A stretch of DNA of 63,775 nucleotides, the filler included, from Candidatus Tectimicrobiota bacterium (GTDB taxonomy: Bacteria; JACPSX01), in the NCBI GenBank assembly GCA_016193065.1. It is 10 parts of 10 records of this genome, joined end to end, with 100 filler letters (N's around TTAATTAATTAA, not from the genome) between each part and the next. Parts side by side here need not be neighbours in the genome. Positions count along the whole stretch, not along the records: positions 9,714 to 19,163 come from JACPSX010000061.1; 9 more parts are not named here. One strand, 5' to 3'. Under the pieces are notes generated by a model. The model made no database searches, was not told where the DNA came from, and saw nothing but the letters and a program-made list of their open reading frames with translations. Positions within the stretch are counted from its first letter, which is position 1. The number at the start of each line of letters is the position of its first letter. Shown in pieces: positions 9,614 to 18,154 of the stretch. The position numbers and the translations under genes were made by a program.

Positions 9614-9713
9614 NNNNNNNNNNNNNNNNNNNNNNNNNNNNNNNNNNNNNNNNNNNNTTAATTAATTAANNNNNNNNNNNNNNNNNNNNNNNNNNNNNNN
9701 NNNNNNNNNNNNN
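9614..9713. other. Contig-join linker
   Basis: N-TTAATTAATTAA-N. Confidence 0.98.
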
Positions 9714-9744
9714 CCTCCCTTCAAGCCACCAAGCAAAACGCCGC

Positions 9745-9819
9745 CGGTCGCGGACTGGAATTCAGCCGCCCCTGCGGAGCGCAGCGGAGCAAGGGTAAGC
9801 TGGAATGATTTGTTAGGAC
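9745..9819 (-). mobile_element. attC-like integron cassette recombination site (R' core degenerate)
   Basis: Minus strand GTCCTAAC-AAATC-ATTCCAGC...CCGCTGCGCTCCGCAGGGGCGG-CTGAATTCCAGTCCG, downstream of the 626-codon ORF; the expected GTTRRRY is replaced by GCGACC. Confidence 0.65.
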
Positions 9820-9829
9820 AAGAAACAGG

Positions 9830-9878
9830 ATCAGAGTCGATTGATGATCCAGCATACCTCGTGAAATCGACTCTGATT
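9830..9878. repeat. 13-bp inverted repeat between ORF stop and attC
   Basis: ATCAGAGTCGATT ... AATCGACTCTGAT. Confidence 0.6.
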
Positions 9879-9901
9879 CCATGTTTCCCCTGGTGCTATA
9901 C

Positions 9902-11779
9902 TTACTTACAATAGAGGATCTGTGTGGACGTTGCGCTGCTAAGGTAATGCCGCGTCTGCCACGAAAGTACCACGGCATATGCGCAGGTGGGATCTCCCGA
10001 AATGTTTACTGAGAATCCACCGGTTCCATTAACCAGATGCGGCCCTCCCGCGCCGCCCCGGAAGAAAAAGTTGGGCCCGGGAAGGAAGCTTCCATTCGGC
10101 AGTGGAGGGGCAGGATGAACGACCCCATTGTTGTTGGAGATCTGTATGTTGAAGAACCGCAGGTGCGGATGGTCAATGGTGTACAGAATGTGTGCGTTGG
10201 GAGCCCCCGCGAGGGGATTGCACGCATTCAGGCGAAGCTCTTCCAAATCAAGAGCAAGCACAACCGCGCGATTGTCGATTACGATCGAATCCAGTGTATC
10301 CGTGTAGACAGTACCGAGCGTGACGGCATCTCGGACCTCGAACTGTAGCCGATAACGGCGGATCGGTTCTTTTTCAGCGGTGGTGAGGGAGCGGCCGGCG
10401 TCCGCTTTGGGGAGCCCTCCCGGCATCCTGACGGGATGCGCCGCGCTGATAGCATTCGAGTTCATGATCTCAAGGTCGAAAGTCCTCAGAAAATTAGAGT
10501 CGCTGATGGTGACCGTGCTGGTGTTCCCGTTGCGCATATCCACCGTAACGGACTTTCCGTCAATCCTGATCCAGCCGTCGGCACCGACATCCGCCGAAGA
10601 GATGTTTACGGGGGCGGAATCCGGCATGCCAAGCCCGTTGGTGTAAAACACGTATCCCACTGTCGTTGTAAAGATCTGAGTTACGGGGTGCAAGCTTGCA
10701 GGCGCCACAGTCGGCAGCGCCGTGGGATCGCCGTCTCCACCGCCTAGCCAGGTCCACTCGCCGATGACGAACCGATACTCCAACGAATTAGCAGGGGCGG
10801 CAACATTCCTCAAAGGACAATTTCCCCGCAGCGGAATACCACCGCTAAAAACGAAGGAGTTGGCTGCCCCGCCTGCGTAGCCTTCGATCGAGAAGGAAGA
10901 TGCGGGATTTGGGGCAAACGGATGAATGTCGAAGTCCCATACTTTCTGCCAATGCGGCAACTGATCCGGCGGTGCAGGCTGCACCTTGTCCGAACAGAGC
11001 TCCACACAAAGGCAGGTTCCTACGTTTTCTCGTCCCGGGGCCCGGCCTGTCGACCGGGGCTCGGCAAGGATGACTTGCCCGCCCAACTCAACCGAGAAAT
11101 ACACATCCGGACCACTAATCCACTCAACATTGATCAATGGTGAGAACGGCGTTCTCTGGAAATCTTCCGTCAAGTAGTCAATACGGAAACGTCCGGTCGC
11201 GTCTGTGACGGCGACACCCAGGGGATCATCCTCCAGCCAATCCACATCAAAGGCTTTTACGGTTGCGCCAGGAATAGGAACATGGTCTTTGCAGGTTGTG
11301 AGCCGTCCACAAATGACCCAGGCGCCAAAACGCGCGCGCACCGCGCACCAGAGGCGAGCAGGCAGGCAGTAATCCCAAACTGCCGCAAATCCCGTCTCCG
11401 TCTGCCGCCAAAGGGGTTGTATCGTCGTGATGGAGAACTGAACGGGGCGTGGCGGATTCGGCCCGCTTTTCCGGCGCGGAACAGTTCCGCAGTAAACATC
11501 GACCTCGAAAGCTTCGCCACCATATTTCTCATTCTCGCCCAACTGGAAAGCAAATCTGCCTTCAGCGTCCGTCTCGGTTTCGGCAATCAATGAAGGCCCT
11601 TTGGCTTGCACCATGTCGTCGGTCAAAATTGCAAAAGTCTCCTTGGGACTTGCCACTGCAAGCGCGGCGACATTTTGTTGCGCGCGGACGCCATAAAGCC
11701 GCACTTTTACATTGGACATTGGTTCCGGACACTCCGGACAAATCAGACCGCAAAGCCTTCCTCTGAAGATGTAAGCCAT
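9902..11779 (-). CDS. Large Cys-containing hypothetical protein with two transthyretin/prealbumin-like beta modules; putative integron cassette
   Basis: Start MAYIFRGRLCGLICPEC with GAGGGGG RBS; two modules VKVRLY..TDAEGRFAF and ATVKAFD..TDATGRFRIDY; followed by attC-like site. Confidence 0.75.
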   Translation of the reverse strand: MAYIFRGRLCGLICPECPEPMSNVKVRLYGVRAQQNVAALAVASPKETFAILTDDMVQAKGPSLIAETETDAEGRFAFQLGENEKYGGEAFEVDVYCGTVPRRKSGPNPPRPVQFSITTIQPLWRQTETGFAAVWDYCLPARLWCAVRARFGAWVICGRLTTCKDHVPIPGATVKAFDVDWLEDDPLGVAVTDATGRFRIDYLTEDFQRTPFSPLINVEWISGPDVYFSVELGGQVILAEPRSTGRAPGRENVGTCLCVELCSDKVQPAPPDQLPHWQKVWDFDIHPFAPNPASSFSIEGYAGGAANSFVFSGGIPLRGNCPLRNVAAPANSLEYRFVIGEWTWLGGGDGDPTALPTVAPASLHPVTQIFTTTVGYVFYTNGLGMPDSAPVNISSADVGADGWIRIDGKSVTVDMRNGNTSTVTISDSNFLRTFDLEIMNSNAISAAHPVRMPGGLPKADAGRSLTTAEKEPIRRYRLQFEVRDAVTLGTVYTDTLDSIVIDNRAVVLALDLEELRLNACNPLAGAPNAHILYTIDHPHLRFFNIQISNNNGVVHPAPPLPNGSFLPGPNFFFRGGAGGPHLVNGTGGFSVNISGDPTCAYAVVLSWQTRHYLSSATSTQILYCK

Positions 11780-11894
11780 TGGAGTTCCCCCCTCATTCAG
11801 GCTGTGAAAACGAACACGTTTATCAGGCAGTAGACAGAAAGGAATGTGGCCAAGAGCCATCGCCTTCTTGGTGGCATCCCTCGTTCGGTCCAGA

Positions 11895-12084
11895 TTATGG
11901 CATCTCTCCCCCCTGGACTCCCCTTCCGCCATGATTCAACAGGAGCGTATAGTTCATCGTCGTCGTCACGTCCTTTTGTCCGAGCAACTCCTGGACGGTG
12001 CGGATAACGGCACGAATTGGTAGCCGCTCCAGGTTGAGAATTTGGAATAGTATGGAGGGAATGAGGATTCCCGAAGGCTTCCAC
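11895..12084 (-). pseudogene. intI: Integron integrase remnant, copy 1 (internally deleted)
   Basis: N-terminal VEAFGNPHS...LERLPIRA fused to C-terminal IRTVQELLGQKDVTTTMNYTLLLNHGGRGV, the IntI-type tail. Confidence 0.8.
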
Positions 12085-12195
12085 GGCCTTGCCCCCCTCT
12101 GCCGGATCGGAAGCATTTCGGAGCAAACTGCAAACACAGTATACTGTCGAGATAGCCAGTAGAATAGCTCTGGTTGACATGGGTGTCAAGGAAAA
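12013..12195 (-). repeat. Promoter/leader repeat copy 1 (TTGACA-N17-TATTCT, RBS, intI start)
   Basis: Imperfect direct repeat of 13536-13722; shared blocks ATGGGTGTCAAGGAAAA, TGTCGAGATA, ATTTCGGAGCAA, GGCCTTGCCC. Confidence 0.8.
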
Positions 12196-12244
12196 AGGAA
12201 TTCGGTATTTGGAGTAATGAGAACCGTAAACCGGGCCGACATGG

Positions 12245-12466
12245 GTTAGGTAGGCCATCGTAGGCGAGAGATTTAACGTGCCGGAAGAGGAGCAGAATCC
12301 CGGAGGCAGCGAGATATTCAAGCGTCCTGTTGTCAAGACGGTCGAGAAGCGGTGCGCTTGATGCCGTCATGTGCAAGACGCCTCCGATCAGCGCTGCCCC
12401 CGAAAGCGCAGTCAGCGTGATTGGCACAATCGATTCAAACACCCGATCAGTCCGCCTTCATCTCAT
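12245..12466 (-). pseudogene. Decayed small membrane-protein cassette
   Basis: GGAGG RBS, ATG AGA TGA (nonsense) then RRTDRVFESIVPITLTALSGAALIGG...; ends near an ACCTAAC inverse core (12251-12245). Confidence 0.45.
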
Positions 12467-12519
12467 GCTGCTTTTCCTCCGCTCAAGCTGCTGTGCAGAC
12501 TGTGCGTGCAGTTACCGCC

Positions 12520-12544
12520 ACATAACACTTCGCCGCTCAGCGGC
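12520..12544 (-). mobile_element. Right half of an attC site (L'-R')
   Basis: GCCGCTGAGCGGCGAAGT-GTTATGT (GTTRRRY-like) just after the stop of 12563-13192; left arm not recognisable. Confidence 0.5.
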
Positions 12545-12562
12545 TTCTTAAGGTGGCATCTT

Positions 12563-13192
12563 TTACCAGGTCGCTCCGCTCGCCCCCCTGTGGAGGAACA
12601 CTGATCCTCCAATAGTACCAAGGCGAGTGTGTCCCCCTGGCAATATGCACGCCTCACCAGAAATAGGGTCAGAGAATGTGCATGGGGATGGAGGAGGTGG
12701 CGGCGGAGGGGGTGCAGATGAACCGTCACACCCCGTCAGCACTACAGCCACGACGACCAGGACTATCCACCAAAGGCCTCCGCCCGAAGCAATGAAGGCA
12801 GCCTCAGTGAGTCCTAAACGTTTGGCCGTTTCTGCGAATCGCTGCGGACTATCCAGAGACGCCGCCAGATGCTTAAAGGCCTTCGGATTCTTGCTAACGA
12901 TATCAGATAAGTATCTGAGATCTGCTTTCAGGCGATCAACGGTCAGAGATGAGCCGTCGATGACTGTCGGATCAATCAGAATTCGCGGAAACTTCCCTGA
13001 TGTGAATCGTTCCAGCCGCGCAGCGGAAAACAACCGATAAAGGCTGGGTTCCCTGCAACTCGGTTCAAATCTGTTGTGAAGAAACAGTTCACCGATTGCT
13101 TCTACTATCCATTGCCCCTGCTCGGCCAACCTAAGCGGATCACTTGCTTGTTGCTGACTTACCATCTCTTTTTTGGGTGCTTTTCTCTTCAC
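12563..13192 (-). CDS. Hypothetical protein with internal hydrophobic helix, lipobox-like LTGC and poly-Pro linker; putative first cassette
   Basis: GTG start with AAAGGA RBS; ...FIASGGGLWWIVLVVVAVVLTGCDGSSAPPPPPPPP. Confidence 0.7.
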   Translation of the reverse strand: MKRKAPKKEMVSQQQASDPLRLAEQGQWIVEAIGELFLHNRFEPSCREPSLYRLFSAARLERFTSGKFPRILIDPTVIDGSSLTVDRLKADLRYLSDIVSKNPKAFKHLAASLDSPQRFAETAKRLGLTEAAFIASGGGLWWIVLVVVAVVLTGCDGSSAPPPPPPPPSPCTFSDPISGEACILPGGHTRLGTIGGSVFLHRGASGATW

Positions 13193-13243
13193 TGTGCTTT
13201 CCTTTCTGTTGGGTTTATCTTGCGCGCTTGAGAAGCTACTCCC

Positions 13244-13280
13244 CTCTAACTATGGATCATATGGTTCCCTATTAAGAACC
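13244..13280 (-). mobile_element. Candidate attI site downstream of intI (cassettes co-oriented with integrase)
   Basis: AT-rich GTTCTTAATAGGGAACCATATGATCCATA-GTTAGAG between the intI remnant and the first cassette ORF. Confidence 0.5.
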
Positions 13281-13426
13281 ATGGCGTCGCCCTCCTGTAG
13301 CATAAGAACCTTCGTCTCATTTCGCAAAAGATGCCTGATTCATGCTCTTTGAAGCGCGAATACCATGCGTCGCTGCCCAGTCGGGGATCTGATATCCTTA
13401 GCCTATAAGAACCCCCGTCACGCAAA

Positions 13427-13610
13427 TCATAGGGAATCCACGGGACTACGGACCTCGCTTCCGCCACGATTTAACACGTGCGTATAGATCGCGGCCACTT
13501 GGCGGCAGTTGGTGTGCAGGGATTGTAGTGATAGGCACGGATTGCCAGGCGCACCCCGTCGAGGAATCCGGAGTGGTACAGCAAGAATGAGAATCCCCAA
13601 AGACCGCCAT
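13427..13610 (-). pseudogene. intI: Integron integrase remnant, copy 2 (internally deleted)
   Basis: MAVFGDSH.../FLDGVRLAIRAYHYNPCT (IntI N-terminus) joined to IYTHVLNRGGSEVRSPVDSL* (IntI C-terminus). Confidence 0.82.
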
Positions 13611-13722
13611 GGCCTTGCCCGCCTCTGATGAGATAGGCAGTATTTCGGAGCAACCAGAGAATAGGATGTAGTGTCGAGATACTTAGAGAATAAGCCTTAC
13701 CTGAGATGGGTGTCAAGGAAAA
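13536..13722 (-). repeat. Promoter/leader repeat copy 2 (TTGACA-N18-TATTCT)
   Basis: Homologous to 12013-12195. Confidence 0.8.
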
Positions 13723-13733
13723 TGACCTGATCC

Positions 13734-13762
13734 TTGACAACCTCCCTGGATTCCCCTACAGT
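13734..13762 (+). promoter_or_regulatory. Sigma70-type promoter of the MFS gene
   Basis: TTGACA-N17-TACAGT, divergent from the intI leader promoter. Confidence 0.55.
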
Positions 13763-13819
13763 GAGGCCGCATGATCCCGTCGGGCGGGATCCGAATCACT
13801 CATTCACAAGGCATACAGC

Positions 13820-15043
13820 ATGGCTTCTCAACAAATCCAACAATCCGAGCACTTCAACGCCCCCAAGCTGGCGCTGGTCACCTTCAGCCACTTCTCCATC
13901 GATACCTACAGCAGCTTTTTGGGGCCACTCCTCCCTCTCCTGCTGGTCAAGTTTCACCTCTCTCTGGCACTCGCAGGGGTTCTGGTGACCTTGTACGCCC
14001 TGATGTCCGGTCTAGGCCAGCCGGTCTTCGGTTTCCTGGCCGACAGGTCCCGCAGCCGGATCTTCATTCTGGCGGGCCCCATCATTGCCGCTCTCTTCAT
14101 TTCCCAAATCGGCAGGGCCTGGAACTACGGAAGCCTTGTGGCCATCATGATGCTTTCAGCCGCCGGAGCCGCGATTTTCCATCCGCAGGCGGCCGCTATC
14201 GCCGGTCAGGTGTCCAGCGGCCGGCGCGGGTTCGGGGTCTCCATCTTCATGATGGGGGGGAGATTCGGATATGCCACGGGACCGTTGGTTGCTGCCTTCG
14301 TAGCCTCCCGCTATGGCCTTGAGCGGCTCTACTACATCTTCTTCCCCATCCTGCTGGTGGTTGGCTTGCTCTTCCTGTACTGCCCCACACCAAGCGGCCC
14401 CAGGCGGACGGGGAGTTTCCAGGATCTCACCCAATCTCTGCGCATGGCCGGCAAGCCTCTGTTTTACGTCTGGCTCATCGAGGCCTTGCGCAGCGGCCTC
14501 ATGTCGGCCTTGGCTTCCTTCCTTCCGCTCTTGTACACACAAAAAGGGTTCGGGTTGGTTCAGGCCGGAGCCACCAGCACGATTTTCCTGGCCTCGGGAG
14601 CCGTGGGAAGCATGCTCGGAGGATACACCTCGGACCGCTGGGGACGCAGGCGCGTCATTTTGACCGCCATGTCCCTGTCCATCCCCATCTTCTACCTCTT
14701 CCTGCACACCTCAGGACCCCTCAGCTTCGTCTTTCTGGGTCTCACGGGTCTCGTTCTCCTCTCCACCCTGGCTGTGACAATCGCCCTCGCCCAGGAAATG
14801 CTGCCCGCCAGCGCCGGCATGGCCTCCAGCTTCATGCTGGGGGTTGCCTGGCTGGTCGGCAGTCTGCTTTCCACCCTGGTCGGAGTCCTGGGAGACTATC
14901 TGGGGATCGCCGGGGCCTTCAACGTCGTGGGATTCGCGATCCCGGTGGCCGCATTTCTGGCCTGGCGCCTTCCCGAGGAATCGCGCCTGCGCAGGCCCCA
15001 CTTGGCGCCTGTCGAGGCTGTGGCTCGCTCCACCGAAATCTGA
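13820..15043 (+). CDS. MFS transporter (Fsr-like)
   Basis: SHFSID.Y...L.PLLP, QPVFG.LADR, FHP, GGYTSDRWGRR; about 12 TM helices. Confidence 0.9.
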   Translation: MASQQIQQSEHFNAPKLALVTFSHFSIDTYSSFLGPLLPLLLVKFHLSLALAGVLVTLYALMSGLGQPVFGFLADRSRSRIFILAGPIIAALFISQIGRAWNYGSLVAIMMLSAAGAAIFHPQAAAIAGQVSSGRRGFGVSIFMMGGRFGYATGPLVAAFVASRYGLERLYYIFFPILLVVGLLFLYCPTPSGPRRTGSFQDLTQSLRMAGKPLFYVWLIEALRSGLMSALASFLPLLYTQKGFGLVQAGATSTIFLASGAVGSMLGGYTSDRWGRRRVILTAMSLSIPIFYLFLHTSGPLSFVFLGLTGLVLLSTLAVTIALAQEMLPASAGMASSFMLGVAWLVGSLLSTLVGVLGDYLGIAGAFNVVGFAIPVAAFLAWRLPEESRLRRPHLAPVEAVARSTEI

Positions 15044-15049
15044 TTCCCG

Positions 15050-15874
15050 TCAGCGTTGGCAGAATGGGCAGAAGAAACTGCTCCGCCCCGCCTGGACAAT
15101 CCGGCGGATCCGTGTCGAGCAATTCGAACAAGGCTTCCCTTCTTTTCCGTAGACGCGCAGCCGGATCTGGAAATCCCCGGGCTGTCCGTTTCCGTCCCGG
15201 TAATCGGAGAAGGACGTGCCGCGTTGTGCAATTGCGTCCCGCAGAATCGCGCGCAACGATTCCGTGAGGCGCGCGAAGGTCGCTTTCGAGAGGCGCGAGA
15301 CCGCACGGTTGGGACGGATGCGGGCCGCGAACAGCGCCTCGTTGGCGTAAATGTTGCCGATTCCCGCAATCACCCGGCCGTCCATGAGGAAGTTCTTTAC
15401 AGGGAGGTGCCTCCCCCGGGAGCGCACCCACAGATAATCTTCGGGCATGGAATCGCCGAGTGGCTCGGGCCCCATATTCCGGAAGGAGGGATCGCGGGCC
15501 AGAGTTTTCCCGCTTGCGGCGAAGACCAGGCCAAAACGGCGCTTGTCTTCATAGCGCAGATCTTTTCCTCCGGACAGGTGGAACAGCAGGCAGTCATACG
15601 GATGCACAGGGGCTTGGGAGCTCACGACCCGCAGCCGCCCCGTCATTCCCAGGTGAAGCACGAGCACTTGAGGAGAATTGAGAGAAAAGAGAAGGTACTT
15701 CCCGCGTCGTTCAACGGTTTCCAGCCGCCTGCCCACAACCTGCCGCTTCAGCCGGGAGGGATGGACGGGCCGGCGCAGTTCTCTCTGGAGAACCGTGAGG
15801 CCCATGATCTTACGCCCTGTCACCAGGGGGAGAAGCGTCCGGCGGACCGTCTCGACTTCGGGAAGCTCCGGCAT
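15050..15874 (-). CDS. mutM: Formamidopyrimidine-DNA glycosylase/AP lyase
   Basis: MPELPEVE, RRGKYL, HLGMTG, GIGNIYANE, C-terminal zinc finger. Confidence 0.97.
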   Translation of the reverse strand: MPELPEVETVRRTLLPLVTGRKIMGLTVLQRELRRPVHPSRLKRQVVGRRLETVERRGKYLLFSLNSPQVLVLHLGMTGRLRVVSSQAPVHPYDCLLFHLSGGKDLRYEDKRRFGLVFAASGKTLARDPSFRNMGPEPLGDSMPEDYLWVRSRGRHLPVKNFLMDGRVIAGIGNIYANEALFAARIRPNRAVSRLSKATFARLTESLRAILRDAIAQRGTSFSDYRDGNGQPGDFQIRLRVYGKEGKPCSNCSTRIRRIVQAGRSSFFCPFCQR

Positions 15875-15880
15875 GAAACC

Positions 15881-16696
15881 TCAGTCACCCCCCTTGCAGC
15901 CTGACACCAAACCAAAGGTGAGCGAACCGGTCAGGGTGGGTTCGGGTTCCTCCTCCGGAGGAATTTGAAAATAGGATTGCGCAAACCGGGCGCGGACCTC
16001 TGCGGACCTGTGCGCCCCGGCGGTCTGGGCCGCTTCGTACCAGTGCTTTCCCATGGGCACCTTGTCAGCGGAATCCCCGTAAAACACCAGGGGCTGAGGC
16101 CAGGTGGTGATTTCCACGAAACCGGCCATGAACAGGATCTGGCGCAGCTCGGAGAGGGGGAGCATGCAAAACTCAGGGCCGTGGGTGCGGCGGAAGACGT
16201 TTTGGACCAACTGGGTCACCTCGGTCTCCACGGCATCCGACGGCTCGCGGACCACGGGGTCCAGTATCATAATCTTCCCTCCGGTACGAAGGACACGGCG
16301 GGCTTCCTTGAGCGCCGCGCCCTTACGCTTGAAGTGATGGAGGCTGAACACGGAGACCACCAGGTCCAGGGTTCCTGTTTTGAGCGGGAGATTTTCCCCC
16401 CGGCCGCAGACCAGGAAGAAGTTCCTGCCTCCCTCTTCCGTCTTATGTTCGCCGGCCACATGGAGCATGGCCGGAGCGGGATCGACACCTACCAAAACAC
16501 CCCGCGGCAGGTCAGGCAACAAAGCCCGGGCCACCCGGCCCGTCCCCGCCCCCATATCCAGGACCTTTTCCGTGCCCCTTAGCTTCAGATGGCGGATCAT
16601 CTCTTCGATGAGCGCCGTCCGGCTGTTAGACTGGCCCATCCTCCGGTCAAAATCACGGGCGTGGTTGTGGTCATGAAAGGGCGTTCTTCGTGACAC
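15881..16696 (-). CDS. Class I SAM-dependent methyltransferase
   Basis: VLDMGAGTG, GENLP, FSLHH; probable GTG start after AGGAG. Confidence 0.85.
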   Translation of the reverse strand: MSRRTPFHDHNHARDFDRRMGQSNSRTALIEEMIRHLKLRGTEKVLDMGAGTGRVARALLPDLPRGVLVGVDPAPAMLHVAGEHKTEEGGRNFFLVCGRGENLPLKTGTLDLVVSVFSLHHFKRKGAALKEARRVLRTGGKIMILDPVVREPSDAVETEVTQLVQNVFRRTHGPEFCMLPLSELRQILFMAGFVEITTWPQPLVFYGDSADKVPMGKHWYEAAQTAGAHRSAEVRARFAQSYFQIPPEEEPEPTLTGSLTFGLVSGCKGGD

Positions 16697-16706
16697 GAGC
16701 TCTCTC

Positions 16707-17189
16707 CTACAGCTTGTAGCCGATCTTGCGCAAAAAGTCCTGACGGGCGGCCGTTTCCTGGGGGCCTTCCACCCCCTTGGACTTTTCCCCGTCAATCACG
16801 CCGAGGATCCCTCTCCCCTGCTCGGTCTCGCCGATCACCACCTCCACCGGGTTCGCGCTGGCGCAAAAGATCCGGCACACCTCGGGGACGTTCTTGACGG
16901 CGTTCAGCACGTTGATGGGAAAAACGTTCCCGAGCAGGATCAAAAAGCAGTGGCCCGCCGACAGGCTTAAGGCATTCCGCTTTGCCAGCTCCGTCAGCTC
17001 CGGGTCGGTGCCGCTCGCTCGCACCAGGCACGGCCCCGAGGACTCGCAAAAGGCGAGCCCGAACTTGATCCCCGGGACGGCCGTCACCAGGACTTCGTGG
17101 AGGTCTTCGACCGTCTTGATGAAATGGGATTGCCCCAGGATCAGATTCAAGTCCCCCGGTTTCTCCAGCTTGACCGTTTTAATCTCCAC
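16707..17189 (-). CDS. Adenosine-specific kinase / DUF355 family protein
   Basis: LILGQSHFIKTVEDL, FGLAFCESSG, FCASANP, GRGILGVIDG. Confidence 0.9.
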   Translation of the reverse strand: MEIKTVKLEKPGDLNLILGQSHFIKTVEDLHEVLVTAVPGIKFGLAFCESSGPCLVRASGTDPELTELAKRNALSLSAGHCFLILLGNVFPINVLNAVKNVPEVCRIFCASANPVEVVIGETEQGRGILGVIDGEKSKGVEGPQETAARQDFLRKIGYKL

Positions 17190-17243
17190 GACCCACCCCC
17201 AGTCCGGAAACTTGATGTTCCGAGTTCTGGTTCGCTCCCTCTG

Positions 17244-17447
17244 CTATGTCCCAGTAACGACTTCCTGATACGAAAACTCCTGCAGTCGCGCATTGGCACG
17301 GGCATGCTCAATCGTCATGCTCACAAGGTTTCCCTCCCGGTCCAGATCTACGTATATACTTTCGCTGTTCTCCCTTGTCTCGGCGACCTCATGGTCTGTG
17401 AATTCAACAAGGGCAGTATCTGTATCTGAGAAGTACTTCACCCTCAT
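17244..17447 (-). CDS. DUF2283 family protein (putative antitoxin)
   Basis: MRVKYFSDTDTALVEF...IYVDLDREGNLVSMTIEHA. Confidence 0.8.
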   Translation of the reverse strand: MRVKYFSDTDTALVEFTDHEVAETRENSESIYVDLDREGNLVSMTIEHARANARLQEFSYQEVVTGT

Positions 17448-17508
17448 TTCCTTCCCTCTCATCCAGCTTCGAGATGATCAGTCCCCCGGGAAATCGGTCC
17501 TGCGATCT

Positions 17509-17721
17509 TCAAACCGCCACGGTCTCGAAAGCGACCCGCCACTGCTCAGATTCGGCAACAGTGAAGTTCAGCCTCTCAAATCCAATAACGTGACCGGATT
17601 TGTCTTTCATCAGTATCACTTCATCGCCTGTCTCTTCGCAAACGTATTCCTCTTGCGGATCGCCGAACCAAACGGTCAGCGTGTTCCCCACACGATCGTA
17701 AAACACTTTTACTTCGGCCAT
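17509..17721 (-). CDS. DUF2283 family protein (putative antitoxin)
   Basis: VKVFYDRVGNTLTVWFG...VILMKDKSGHVIGFE. Confidence 0.8.
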   Translation of the reverse strand: MAEVKVFYDRVGNTLTVWFGDPQEEYVCEETGDEVILMKDKSGHVIGFERLNFTVAESEQWRVAFETVAV

Positions 17722-18041
17722 ACCCGTACTCCTTCTTTAATGGCCTCGGTAGGATATGTCGTAATCAGGAAGCCCTCTCCATCGAGGCGTTTCACGACGG
17801 CACAGACCCACCCTCTTCCCTGTTTCGACTTGTAGAATAAATATACCGCCTGATCCTGTCGGCTCTGTCGTATTTCGTCTGGGTTCTCTAGGGCTTCTCT
17901 GACAACTGACTCGTGCTCTGCCATCACCGGATGCTTGACGGTAGTTATCACCTCCCAGTAAGAACGAGTGACACGCACACAAAAATTGAGCGGTGTCTGG
18001 ATTTCAAAGAGCACCTGTCGCTCGGGTGAGTCGTCTGCCAT
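17709..18041 (-). CDS. DUF4258-like protein (putative RelE-fold toxin)
   Basis: W..I...KHP.M, L.NPDEIR.S, CAVVKR, FLITTY; overlaps the DUF2283 gene. Confidence 0.75.
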   Translation of the reverse strand: MADDSPERQVLFEIQTPLNFCVRVTRSYWEVITTVKHPVMAEHESVVREALENPDEIRQSRQDQAVYLFYKSKQGRGWVCAVVKRLDGEGFLITTYPTEAIKEGVRVWPK

Positions 18042-18154
18042 GCGACTTATTTTACCTCACCCTTTGAAATAACAAAAGGATGCTTTGTCCTCTGATACCT
18101 TACCTTCCCATTCCGTGCCCGACCTCCTATAATGAACCCCTGGAGGGCCGACCC

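Noticed and set aside
11720-11779. CGLICPEC as a radical SAM CxxxCxxC motif
   Set aside because: The rest of the protein looks beta-rich with no radical SAM core motifs
12458-12460. TGA at codon 3 of the small cassette ORF as selenocysteine
   Set aside because: No redox motif or evident SECIS; simpler as a nonsense mutation in a decayed cassette
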